Both the position numbers and the translations under genes were made by a program. Positions 50,839 through 62,420 of a DNA stretch of 64,000 nucleotides are shown piece by piece; position 1 is the first letter of the stretch; each line of letters opens with the position of its first letter. The DNA comes from Rubripirellula sp. (GTDB taxonomy: Bacteria > Planctomycetota > Planctomycetia > Pirellulales > Pirellulaceae). The DNA is taken from positions 1,184,001-1,248,000 of the forward strand of contig OZ244207.1 in NCBI GenBank assembly GCA_965216875.1. Reading direction: 5' to 3'. A model generated the notes under the pieces. It searched no databases. It was not told the DNA's origin and saw nothing but the letters and a program-made list of their open reading frames with translations.

Positions 50839-51327
50839 TTGACGATCATGGTCCAAGCAAAACTCATCCAGGGCCACCTCTATTACGACTGCGGCATTCG
50901 TCAGGTCGAGGAATCGGATCCACACGTTATTGACGTTTGCACCTGGAGATACGACGGATTAATGAGAGGCGAGCGCACGTCACCAGATTGTGATCAGCCA
51001 TATCACTACCATCAGTTCACTGAGTACCGGTCCTATTTGTATGGTCGCAACAAGCCTGATTCGGAACGGCGTTATACATCCATTAGGTTTCCTTCAGAGG
51101 AGAAGGCCTTGGATCGAATGTTGGACTCCAATGCGTTCTACGTAGAGCTAACTGGTGCCTTCGAAGAGCTTGGCTTTATGGAGACATTAGCAAAGGACGA
51201 CACCTGCATGTCCTGTGGCACGCCCCATTGCGAAGCGGTCATTTCCGGGCTCGGTCACTACTACGTGCTATGTGACGACTGCTGCAAGACCGCGCTTTCA
51301 GCATTGCCCGGCCTGCGCACAGGGTAG
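50839..51327 (+). CDS. hypothetical protein with C-terminal CxxC...CxxC
   Basis: GGAGG RBS (start 50839 or 50848); CMSC...CDDC; homologous fragment at 39729 differs mostly at synonymous sites. Confidence 0.75.
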   Translation: MTIMVQAKLIQGHLYYDCGIRQVEESDPHVIDVCTWRYDGLMRGERTSPDCDQPYHYHQFTEYRSYLYGRNKPDSERRYTSIRFPSEEKALDRMLDSNAFYVELTGAFEELGFMETLAKDDTCMSCGTPHCEAVISGLGHYYVLCDDCCKTALSALPGLRTG

Positions 51328-51468
51328 AGCTTCACCTTGCGACTCACGCCCATCCTGCGGCTAGTGGTCTTATCGGCGATCGTCCGGGCGTTTGAGGCTG
51401 ACCAGCCGGTGTAAACCAGGCTGCGATTGGAGCCGACGTCCCAGCCAAGAAGCCGATCTCGACTTTGC

Positions 51469-51483
51469 GTGCCACTGTGGCAC
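51469..51483. repeat. island palindrome GTGCCACWGTGGCAC
   Basis: Exact GTGCCACTGTGGCAC. Confidence 0.95.
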
Positions 51484-51703
51484 ATATGTACCGACCGTAC
51501 CTCCTCCAAGGCCCAGTCACGACGAAGTTTGCGGCATAGCCACTGCCACGTTCAGTTTGGACGAACCGACACGCTTCTAGGGCGTCGACGCTCCGCTTAG
51601 CTACTGTGCCCGAACTTGCCAGGTGAATCTCTTCACCGCCTTGATGGCCAAACGCCGAACAGTAGGATGCTCGCTCCAGCGCCGCTGTTGCGAGGGCGCC
51701 AGG

Positions 51704-54700
51704 TCAATCCTGTGCAGATTCCCTTCCTTTGGTGATGTCCCAGCCGAGATAATCCGAAAGCGAGTCCACTGTGGCATCAATCTCGTCGTTTGCAACACCA
51801 GCATGATGAGCCGCGGCCTCTATATGTTCACGTGCCACCGGCTGGGAGACGTCCCTTTGAGAGATCCAATAGAATTGGCGATCAAAATCGTCCAAAAAGA
51901 CGAAGCCTCCAAACGCCGAGTGGTTAGCGGCGGTAGCCACCCAAATACTGTTGGGGACATTGGGCAACGATGGTTCTTCTTGCAACTCTTTGCTGAACGC
52001 GCGCGTTAGCGATCCAGTTAACCCCGATTGGTAATTCCAACTTCCCATGAATCCCTTAAACCAATCTCGCCAGCCCTGAGATTTGCAGTGCTCGAAAGCT
52101 AGGCCTCTTGCATGTCGGAGGAAGCCCATGATCACCGCTCCACGAAGCTCATGACTTCGTTCAAAGGGGACGAAAAGGCGGTTCGCTGCTGGTTCCGGAG
52201 CTAGCGTGCCGTAGACATCGATCTTCGCAGAAAGGCCCAAGTCCGGGAGCCACTCTTGTCGCGTTGTACCCATGACTGCATCCCACGTATGAAGACCACC
52301 GGGTGCTTCGATACCAAACAACGAAAGCTGATACGACGACAGCATATTCGGCAGGTGGTCGCTCTGATCTAGGCAGCCTCGTTGACGCCAATGATCGAAG
52401 AGCTCCTGGAGACTGGCGTGCTGCAGTTTCGCGACTTCCTCTCGATCGTCGAACCAGAATCCTCTTGGGGCAGGCTGACTAGAAGCTACAGTCTCTATCG
52501 CCAAGTCAAGGTCGCCCTTTGCGAGGACTTCAAAATCGGAAGGTTGGACGTAATCGTCTTCATGTTGGTCTCTATTAAACGCGTCAAGAATCGTTTCTAG
52601 ACTGTCGCTAGAGTCTCGCACCTTTTCCAGCAAGACGACTAGTTCGTCTTTGTCTTTCGGAAAGGCTGGAGGCGAAACAACTCGAACGCCGTCGACGTTG
52701 CCTTCATGACATTGAGTGAATTTGCTGCTAACCAGGAGATTCCCATCCACGTCACTGGACCTGACGTGATACCTCGCGAGCTATCACCAAGACGATGGGC
52801 GCATGAGCCACCATCGTTCGAATTTGAACCTTTTGTTGAGCGGAAGCCAGCATGGACGTACTGTCTAACGTCCTCTGTGTTCGACCTTTCCCGTTACCAC
52901 GAGAACCTTCGTGGGCAGGGGGCAATCTACTTCTTGTCCGGCGAAAACGGTAAGCCCGCAATAGCAACTGGAAACCTATACCTTCGGGGAGGACGCATCC
53001 AACAATCACATTTCATCTACTCGTTGCGCAACATCATCCATCACAAGAAAGACGGTAACTTTGGTCCCAGAATAACTCGGTGGCGAATCGGACTCAGGAT
53101 CTTTAGGAGAGCAATATGCTGGAAACTCCACCAAGTCAGCTTCAGGGAGTTCCTCGATTACGAAGTATTTTGACGCGCCTTCAATCGTCATACGTAGCGG
53201 TCTGGAACCGTACTGAAATGTTTCGACAACAATTCGGTCGCCGCCGAGGAAGCAGGAAAGGAACCCAATCCCAAACTGCGAGCAGGCCTCTAGATGAATG
53301 CCCATCTCCTCCAAACGCTCGCACTCAGCCGAAAACTCAGGAGAGCGATAGAAACTCTTTCCGACTTGCATGAAGAAGTTCTCGACCTGATCAAGGGACA
53401 TTCCAATCCCGTTGTCGCGAAACTCGATTCGTGGGCCCTCGTCTGGATTGCTAGCCACATGGGGCAAGCCGCTGCCGTCCCAGACTTGGATCCGCGGTAC
53501 GTAATTGACCGGCTTCCCCTGATGGGAATGTGCCTCCGCCCGCGCTTGCTGGTAGCGGCAGGCGTCGAGCGAGTTTTGGAGCAGCTCCCGTAGGAACATC
53601 GTCTCGTCCGGGTAGAGACTCTTGTCCATCAAGAGCTTCATAATCCGTTCGTAGTCCAGCTGGAATCGGAACCCTCCTGCGACGAATCGAGGGTCGGCCA
53701 TATTCACTTGGTAGCGATCAACGATGGGCGCGAGCCTCAACTGGTACCGATCCGCCATTTCGTTTGGGAGCTCCCGAACGAGCCTAGTTGCGTCCTGCAA
53801 TTCGCGGTCGACCCAATCGAGATAGGCGTGGACCGCAACATAGTCTTCCGGAGTCTCGCAGTCAGCGATGAACTCGATCCTTTCGGTAGTAACATTGACG
53901 CCTTTGATGCTTAGGTGTTTGTTCCATTCGGCAATCGAGATCGACTCGGTGAAGTGAATTGAGTGAAAGGCCGAGCATGGAGTGCGAGTGCGATCGAAAT
54001 CTAGGATGTCACCTAGGCGTAGGCAGCAAGCAAGATATCGAAGATTGATGCGTGTATTGCCCAAGTGGTCCGCGTTGCGCATCCGCAATACGCATTGCTC
54101 TGGCTTTCGTGGATCTCGAGACTGGCGTACGCCCCAATTGTGGCTTTCGCAAAGGATGCCGATGTCCAGCGTCAATGTCGCTCCCCGAAAACGTAATCTC
54201 TCCGCAAGATGCGACTGGATGAATCTGTGTACTCGCTCTGCATGGCGTTGACGAATGAACTCAGCGAAGACCGCGTCGCGAACGCAATCTGCTTTGACCG
54301 TCTCGCCATTCCTTTCTGCCTGGTCGGCGTCATCAAGACGCCCGCGATTGTGCCGGCAATGCGACTTGTACTCGTCAGAGTCGAGGATCGCCTGTTTTTC
54401 ATCAGCCTCGGATACGAACATTCCCACATCGTGGAGCAAGATCGACAACCACTGAAAAGCTAGCTCAATCGCGTTGAGTTGGATCGACTCTGGCTCATGG
54501 CTCTGACGAGGCAGAAAGTCGTGGACATGACCAGCAACGTTGAGCAAGTGGTCGAGGTCGTGCTTTGTGTACTGTCTGAACGTATGTTGAATTCGGTCGA
54601 TGAAAGGCTCCACGACGTCCGAAACCTCGAGCACTAGGCCCTGAAGCTGCTTGACCTCCGCTCGAGTCACCTCTTCATAGTCGTGAAGGTTGTTGAACTG

Positions 54701-54742
54701 CTGAAAGAGCCTGTGACTCTCGATCGAATCTCGGAAACCCAT
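51704..54742 (-). pseudogene. HD-domain (HD-CE-like) + HSP90-like GHKL ATPase gene, interrupted by an internal inversion; 1012 aa when restored
   Basis: YTKHDLDH, LLHDVGM, ESH, RLGDILDF; LRELLQNSLDA, DNGIGM, FGIGFLSCF, GTKV; as assembled it gives a 578-aa and a 348-aa ORF. Confidence 0.82.
52658..53044 (+). other. inverted intragenic segment (387 bp; 402 bp if crossover is within GTCTTTC/GAAAGAC)
   Basis: Stop-free + strand frame RKGWRR...TLSEFAANQEIPIHV...RNIIHH joins both flanking minus-strand ORFs in frame when flipped. Confidence 0.8.
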
Positions 54743-54857
54743 GCCCGCCCCTGACGCTGCTCTCGGTGTTGCAAGTCCCGGTGGGACTGCTCGTGGGAGT
54801 ATTCTACGGAATGGTTTCTGCGCTGTCGTGGTGCCGCGGCTTGGGCCGGTGAAATGT

Positions 54858-54872
54858 GTGCCACAGTGGCAC
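54858..54872. repeat. island palindrome GTGCCACWGTGGCAC
   Basis: Exact GTGCCACAGTGGCAC. Confidence 0.95.
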
Positions 54873-55408
54873 TATTGGGCCGGAGGTAAATGAACGGTCG
54901 GTCGATGCAAACGACTTGAGTTCAGGGAGAGCCAAATTCCCGTCGGTGTCACCAACCAGGGAAATTCAGTGATTCGGCGTCGGCCATCGGAGCATCGAAT
55001 CGACAGTTGGTAAGTCGCTTAAAAACTGCCCTACATATGGCATTCAACCATTGATGCGTCGTTCCGGCTTCGCTGCCGGACGGGCTCCCCTCGGCTTGGG
55101 CCGAGGCTTCGCTACGCTCGGCCTCCACACCGGCTGCATCCATGTCCCGAAGGCACATTCGCGGCGACCATCCATGAGTCGCCGTGCCTTACGGAATTTC
55201 GTCACTCGATGCGTAGGGCGTCACCGCCCGCGCTCGCTCCGACGTGAGACATCGTCTTTTACTTAGTTGACATTCTGCGGGAATTTTGACGTGATCTCCG
55301 CTGCTCATTGGAACATCTACCGAAGTTCCGGCGGCGTGGCGACATCTTCTCCTTTGGCAACGGTTTCTACGCCCCCGCTATCCGGCACCTGCTGAGGCAG
55401 AATCAAAA

Positions 55409-56827
55409 ATGAAGCGCAAGTGTGGCGTTCGTTTACAAATTCCGATTCACGTAAAACGCTACTGCGGGGGAAGCCGAACACGAGAATCTCCAATACAATG
55501 CACTTTGCATACGACCAAACGTGAATTGAAAGCACATCTAGTGACCAGGGCTGACCGAGTATGGCCGAAACCTCGAAGCAGAAATGTGGGGTCCTTTGGC
55601 AATCTTGAACTCTACGCTGGAACTCTGTTTCTCGCGGAATCAGAGGGGACAATCACACAATCCACACTCACGTCTGATGAGAAAGGGCTAGGCCAGCGCC
55701 TACGCGGCTTACTTTTGGTTCAACGCGTGACGCCCACGACTGCGGGTGATTTGATTACTGAGCTTCAAGCTTACGAGTGGATTCAGCGTCAAGACACTTT
55801 TCCAAGAAGCTATTCATTGACACCCGATGGTGTCGCTGCAGCCCAAATTGCGAAGACTGATCGACACGGTTTCCGGCGGTTGTTGCTCATGAAAATGCAA
55901 CAACGCTTTGTAGTGCCAGGCTGGTTCGTCGATCGTTTGCACACGATAAACCCGCACGGTGGTGATGTTGTCCTTCCAGGACCACGCCCTGGTTGGCGGC
56001 CAGCAGTATGCCAACTTGCAGACGATAAATGGCGAGAAAGTCTTGAGAGTGAGGTTGCAATATCTCATGAACACAATACTGCGACGATTGATAACGCATT
56101 CCCGGTACCGCTTGACCGATGGATACGAGAGGTGAAGCGCGAGTGGGCTGATTTCAAAATTACCCGATCAAAAAGCACGACGTATGCGCCTCGTGGACGA
56201 CTTGCAAGAGCAATGAGAAGAGCCGCAATTCAGTTGCTCTTCAACAATAAACCGTTTGGATGCAGCTATCACACTTCAGATCAGTCAATGCATCCTGTTC
56301 CACCACGATCGTTCCAGTCGTGGTGCCCGCTACTGGATGCACTGGAACTGATCGGCTACACCGACGCACATCCGGATATCATGGGACGGCTTATTTTTCC
56401 ATGTGCCGCCTTTCGGCGTACCGTGAATGCAGAGGAATTTGAGCGAACGGAAATTAGATCACCGGACGCCAAAGTGTTGGTTATAAACCAACCCAAATGG
56501 TCCGAGAACATGGCTGGAGTCTTCAACAATACGCTTTGGAACGTTTATTCTCGTTTCGCAAAGAAAGTTCGGACGAGATACATTTCAGTTCAAGATGTGC
56601 GTGACGAAGTCTGCAGACAGCTGAGATTAAGCTCACTTCTGTTTGACACATTTCTTGAAAAAACCGTTCGCCATACAGCAACTCGCAAGGACGAGACCGG
56701 AGGTATTATGATTGCACTTGAAAGTGATTTACAACCAAAGCAACAAACTGGTAGCGGTCTCCTGCGGCGTCCGGTCTACATGGATGGAATTGCTCACTCC
56801 TTGATATCAGTATCTGTAACCCAATAA
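55409..56827 (+). CDS. unknown protein with wHTH-like regions; gene 1 of operon
   Basis: LITELQAYEWIQ...YSLTPDG and YISVQDVRDEVCRQLRLSSLLFDTFL; true start may be GTG 55541. Confidence 0.75.
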   Translation: MKRKCGVRLQIPIHVKRYCGGSRTRESPIQCTLHTTKRELKAHLVTRADRVWPKPRSRNVGSFGNLELYAGTLFLAESEGTITQSTLTSDEKGLGQRLRGLLLVQRVTPTTAGDLITELQAYEWIQRQDTFPRSYSLTPDGVAAAQIAKTDRHGFRRLLLMKMQQRFVVPGWFVDRLHTINPHGGDVVLPGPRPGWRPAVCQLADDKWRESLESEVAISHEHNTATIDNAFPVPLDRWIREVKREWADFKITRSKSTTYAPRGRLARAMRRAAIQLLFNNKPFGCSYHTSDQSMHPVPPRSFQSWCPLLDALELIGYTDAHPDIMGRLIFPCAAFRRTVNAEEFERTEIRSPDAKVLVINQPKWSENMAGVFNNTLWNVYSRFAKKVRTRYISVQDVRDEVCRQLRLSSLLFDTFLEKTVRHTATRKDETGGIMIALESDLQPKQQTGSGLLRRPVYMDGIAHSLISVSVTQ

Positions 56828-56843
56828 CAACCAAGCGAAGACC

Positions 56844-58223
56844 ATGACAAATCCGTTGCTGCGACGTGGCAAGGAAATGCCGATTGACAAGTCTGCTCGC
56901 TACGCGAAGCTTGGACTTACCGATAACCCGTTTCCTGCAGAACCGACCGTCTCGCCAGATCATCCTGATCCACGTCGGAATGGGAGCATATATTGCGAGA
57001 CACTTCACGAAGATAAAATGCAGAGTTTTGAATCTCTGCTTATCGCACGATCCGAAGGTCCAACGGTTCGACCTCTCGTTTTTCTGATGGATCACACCAC
57101 GGCACGAGGCCGCGGAATTGGAAAAACTGCGTTTCTAAATAGACGACAGAATGAAATTTTGCGGGACTTTGGAAGCGCGGCTTCGCGAGGCGACGAAGTT
57201 GTGTTCGCCGTTCACATCATTCCTCCGGTGAATCCAGAATGCAGAAAGTTTTGGGAACTCACTCGCCTAATCTGCGATCGCTTGATTGATCGAAATGTCA
57301 TTCTTCAAGCAGTGTGCCGTCTTCGGGCCACATATCCCAAGATGCCAGAAACCGTTTTTGAGGAAGTTGGTGAAATAGATGAGTGGCCAGAGACTATTGG
57401 AAGCGATGACTGGCTGCGAGAACGTCGAGTTGACCGACATGAGCTAAATCGCCACGTTAGACAGCAACTCTACAAGGCGGGCGTGCGTGACATGGTTGCT
57501 GACAAAATAGCCGCCAACGGAAACAATCGTGCGGTACTACGGTCATGGTTGTTCTCGAGCATGAAAATCACGACCTGGCGCAAGGAGGGGCCGCAAATCG
57601 TATTTGACGACTTTGTTAAAGTATTCCGAGCTGCTGGCTTTACGCGAGGATTGCTGTTGATCGACGAAATGGAGAAGATCGTAAGGCCGCAGAACTCGAC
57701 GGAACGGCGCAATTTTGTGGAAAGCCTAAGGTACTTTCTAATTGATGGAGACTGTGAAGCAGCCCGAACTGGGTTTTACGGAACCGTACTGACGATTCAC
57801 CCAGGAATCCAAGAGCTCTTACTTCAGCATTGGCAGGTCACGGGCCTGGATCGGTCCGCTCCACTTCATGAGCCAGACGTAAAACAGAATGAGATTTCAT
57901 TTGGTCCATTGAGTCGTGAGCATGCAGATTTGTTAGTACAGGAATATTTAGGCCATTATGGAAAAGATACTGCATCGACGGGAGTATCGCCTTTCACGAA
58001 GGAGGCAATTGACGCTGCACTAGTTAAGTCTCGGCACGTGCCTGGGCCGATGCTGAACCTCTTGTTCAATGCAATAGAAAGAGCGGCAGAAAGAGGTGTC
58101 GAGAGTATTGACGGGCCTTTTATTGAACAGCTTTACGACGAACGAAATCAGCATGGAGAAGCCCTCGTTCAGCCCGATCAGCTTCCTGCTCCACAGACAC
58201 TCCTGATGGATGAAGAAGATTGA
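56844..58223 (+). CDS. P-loop ATPase (AAA+-like); gene 2 of operon
   Basis: GLTDNPF, Walker A ARGRGIGKT, Walker B LLLIDEME, lid-like PFTKEAIDA...PGPML. Confidence 0.88.
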   Translation: MTNPLLRRGKEMPIDKSARYAKLGLTDNPFPAEPTVSPDHPDPRRNGSIYCETLHEDKMQSFESLLIARSEGPTVRPLVFLMDHTTARGRGIGKTAFLNRRQNEILRDFGSAASRGDEVVFAVHIIPPVNPECRKFWELTRLICDRLIDRNVILQAVCRLRATYPKMPETVFEEVGEIDEWPETIGSDDWLRERRVDRHELNRHVRQQLYKAGVRDMVADKIAANGNNRAVLRSWLFSSMKITTWRKEGPQIVFDDFVKVFRAAGFTRGLLLIDEMEKIVRPQNSTERRNFVESLRYFLIDGDCEAARTGFYGTVLTIHPGIQELLLQHWQVTGLDRSAPLHEPDVKQNEISFGPLSREHADLLVQEYLGHYGKDTASTGVSPFTKEAIDAALVKSRHVPGPMLNLLFNAIERAAERGVESIDGPFIEQLYDERNQHGEALVQPDQLPAPQTLLMDEED

Positions 58224-58657
58224 CTGACGAAGGATCGCCACTTGATTTTAGATTGCTGTCAGAGCGGGCCGTGACCGATTCTTTGATCGAATCGAAAGAC
58301 GCCGATTCGTATGGATCGCTGCGAGTTTGTCCTATTGGTCGCCTACTTTTTGTCGTCGAAGGAATAAGAAAAAGCGCAAACACTGCATCCGGGTTAAACG
58401 AAATACGAGAAGGGCGGACCGACTTTCACAGCATTCAAGCGTCTGGCGGCTTGTTGGTTGCTGGCGTGACCTCTCAGGATGTTTGCGATCAAATGTTTCA
58501 GCCCGAAGACGACTATGAATCCTGCAGTATATCCGAGAAAGTCTTTGGACGCGGTCTCTCTCCAGATGTAACGACCGATTTGCTCGCACTCGCATCGTTT
58601 GATCGAAAATTCGACGCGGAAACGACGCGTCAATACGAAGAGGCTAGTGATGCGTGA
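58220..58657 (+). CDS. acidic hypothetical protein; gene 3 of operon
   Basis: TTGA overlap with the ATPase stop; overlaps the PIN gene start. Confidence 0.7.
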   Translation: MTDEGSPLDFRLLSERAVTDSLIESKDADSYGSLRVCPIGRLLFVVEGIRKSANTASGLNEIREGRTDFHSIQASGGLLVAGVTSQDVCDQMFQPEDDYESCSISEKVFGRGLSPDVTTDLLALASFDRKFDAETTRQYEEASDA

Positions 58658-59171
58658 CCTAGTTTTCGATGCGGATCATCTGCCTGAGCTTCTTGGCCAG
58701 TATTTTGATCCCACCGGCGTTAACAGAGGATATGGAGCATTCGCCCCCTCAGACGCGTTTTCAAGGCCGCTCGCTGTTGCACTAAATCAAATATTGGCGG
58801 ACTGGCGAACGTGTATTTCCACTGACACCCTACCTTCTTCGCTAGTCGTTATATCCACATTCGCTTTTATTGAGCTTGGCAGAAAGTGGGACCAGATGGT
58901 TGACGGGCGATTTAGTCCGAGCCAGTGTCGTGCTTTCACGGCTCAGCCGCCAACGTGGGTGAGTATCGCTCCGCTCGATGAGGATTTGCTACCTAGTTAT
59001 TGTGACGTACCTCAGGCCGTCACACTCGGCAACGGAGATACCGTTCCAATTGAATGGACAGACGCCGTCCACGTAGCAACAGTTCTTTCAAGGGAAGAGA
59101 GCACACTCTTGATCTCTGGCGATCAAAGGCTCTCGTGTATTCCAGATATTGCACATCGAGTAATGACATAG
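58650..59171 (+). CDS. PIN-domain ribonuclease; gene 4 of operon
   Basis: LVFDAD, AFIEL, WTDAVHVATV, LISGDQRL: the four acidic PIN positions. Confidence 0.82.
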   Translation: MRDLVFDADHLPELLGQYFDPTGVNRGYGAFAPSDAFSRPLAVALNQILADWRTCISTDTLPSSLVVISTFAFIELGRKWDQMVDGRFSPSQCRAFTAQPPTWVSIAPLDEDLLPSYCDVPQAVTLGNGDTVPIEWTDAVHVATVLSREESTLLISGDQRLSCIPDIAHRVMT

Positions 59172-59601
59172 ACCTACATATAGACTCACGGCTCTTTTGC
59201 GAACGAGAAGGATGCCTCACAATTTCAGACGGGAATCCCAGCTGCGTTTCCCCCTGTCTACCATTCCGGTCCATTGTTTCAGTTGAGGTTTATTGCTACG
59301 AAGATCGACTTTGAACGATCGCCGCAATGATTTCTTTGGTCGCTTCGTCCAGAGTGGATCACGACTGCGAAACGATGCGTAAAGAGGCATCCAAGTCGTC
59401 CGCCGAGCGGGCAGCGCCACTTATCGCCGGGCAAAACTGCATGATTCCCAACGATTCAGAAGATTGTATCGTTTCCGTCGGGTGACGAACCTATCGCTGC
59501 GGTGACAAATGCTCCGGTGGCCGACACCGAAGCGAGTTCGCCAGAAGCCGATATGACTTCGGCTGGACAAACCGAAGCAGTCACTCATGCCGCTGAATCA
59601 C

Positions 59602-59616
59602 GTGCCACTGTGGCAC
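59602..59616. repeat. island palindrome GTGCCACWGTGGCAC
   Basis: Exact GTGCCACTGTGGCAC. Confidence 0.95.
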
Positions 59617-59635
59617 AGAATCGACCGAGCCAGCC

Positions 59636-59914
59636 TCATCGTGTCGCGGCCAGCGCGTCAATCACTTGATCCGGACGGAACCTCCTGCAGGTGCCGATTT
59701 TGATCGACGGGACCTCCTCATTGCGGACGAGCTGTTGGAGCTTCGACCCACTAATCCCAAGCCGTCTAGCCATCTCATCAGCGTCAACGAGGAAGTGCTC
59801 ATCTGGCTCCCGGGCGTCGGTCTGGTCGCGCCGTCGCTCGATCTCGTCGCAGACCATTGAGACGAACTGGTCGATCTCGACGCCCTGAAGGAAGATCTGC
59901 TGTCCTGTTGCCAT
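59636..59914 (-). CDS. excisionase-like HTH protein (HTH_17 type)
   Basis: LVDADEMARRLGISGSKLQQLVRNEEVPSIKIGTCRRF; AAGGAG RBS. Confidence 0.85.
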   Translation of the reverse strand: MATGQQIFLQGVEIDQFVSMVCDEIERRRDQTDAREPDEHFLVDADEMARRLGISGSKLQQLVRNEEVPSIKIGTCRRFRPDQVIDALAATR

Positions 59915-60059
59915 CACTAGCTCCTTGGTACACGGTGGCTCGTACTTGCACCGACCGATCAAGCGATGATCTCACAGTGTCGTTGCAGGTAGTTTATCGG
60001 TGAAGCCTCCGTACCGGCCGGGAAATCAGATTGGATGGTGGGGCTTGGCCGAGGCAACC

Positions 60060-60074
60060 GTGCCACAGTGGCAC
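60060..60074. repeat. island palindrome GTGCCACWGTGGCAC
   Basis: Exact; extends to 19 bp CCGTGCCACAGTGGCACGG. Confidence 0.95.
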
Positions 60075-60407
60075 GGATTGAAGTTGCGGGGACCTCCTCT
60101 CAACTACCCGAGCCGTTTTTGGTGTTGCGCTCTCGATGGGGAATGTAAATCAAGAAGCGATCGCGAATTGGGTCCCCACCCCCATGTCGCCACAAGTTTT
60201 TCCTCATGCACTGAGATGCTGCCCGCGTAGCATTCCCGCGACCAGATGGTCAGCGACTTATAGGATCTGCTACGCAACACTTTGCGCTGAGCCCGATCGA
60301 GCTAAGGATTTTGGTTGTCGTCCTCTTGGACAGCTGCAGCCGCAACCTCCAGAGAGTAGCAGCTCTGTGGCAACCTCGGGTGATGCGAGTCATGGAGAGA
60401 GCCCAGG

Positions 60408-60803
60408 ATGAATGTTGACGCACGCACGTTTGGAGAGCAGTTTTGGTCGTTGTTCGAATCGGAGGACATCGACGCCGCAACCTGCCGGTTCGCGGTACAG
60501 CGAGCTCTGATTCACGCCGCGGAAGGATTGGCCGAACTGGATTGTTTCCTACAGGAGGCGTACCGTTGTTTCGAAGCGACTGGAGACAAAACCCGCGCCC
60601 ACGATGTTGGGACGATCGTTGAGGCGATCCTGCTTGGTTGTCGAGCGTATGAGCACGGCAGCACCGAGATCGAAGGGACCAACCTACTGGTCCTGAAGAC
60701 GATGCTGTCGGTTGGCCGCAAGGCCACTGGTGGAAACGCCTGTGTGGATGAACTCAGCGACGCGCTTGACCACCGTCAAGACGAAGCTGTGGCATCAGCA
60801 TAG
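60408..60803 (+). CDS. hypothetical helical protein upstream of the integrase
   Basis: 131-aa ORF followed by GC hairpin CCCGCCG...CGGCGGG at ~60820-60841. Confidence 0.65.
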   Translation: MNVDARTFGEQFWSLFESEDIDAATCRFAVQRALIHAAEGLAELDCFLQEAYRCFEATGDKTRAHDVGTIVEAILLGCRAYEHGSTEIEGTNLLVLKTMLSVGRKATGGNACVDELSDALDHRQDEAVASA

Positions 60804-60915
60804 GTTGTGCTGCTGAGGTCCCGCCGTTTCACGCGGCGGGGCCATTTGGCCTACGCGTGTGCGAAAGAGGAGGGTCCGGAGGCTCCATCGATAACCTTTG
60901 CAGGAGGAACACCGC

Positions 60916-62258
<1,343 letters not shown>

Positions 62259-62420
62259 GTCGTGTTGTGTGGCGTGATTTTAGCGTCGGGTCCGCGTTTC
62301 GCAAGGCGGTCCTTTTAGGACTGGTTTCTTCTCTCGCGGGTTCGCGGTATCTGCCCCGTTTTGCGGGCTGATTCGTGTCTGGGGCCGGTTGCACAGTCAC
62401 GATTGCGCCCGTGGCGGTGG

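Noticed and set aside
51763..51777. Further palindrome copy (AGTCCACTGTGGCAT), and CACTGTGGC near 63131
   Set aside because: Four or more mismatches and inside coding sequence; compatible with chance.
52706..53173. 155-aa plus-strand ORF as an independent gene
   Set aside because: Explained as the inverted middle of the HD/HSP90 gene running on into antisense sequence.
55040..55270. attC-like hairpins (CTTCGCTACGCTC, CGCTCGCTCCG) upstream of the four-gene operon
   Set aside because: Could not identify paired RYYYAAC/GTTRRRY ends, and the integrase shows no evident integron-specific features.
59172..59600. Possible gene remnant after the PIN gene
   Set aside because: Only short interrupted frames; nothing assignable without a search.
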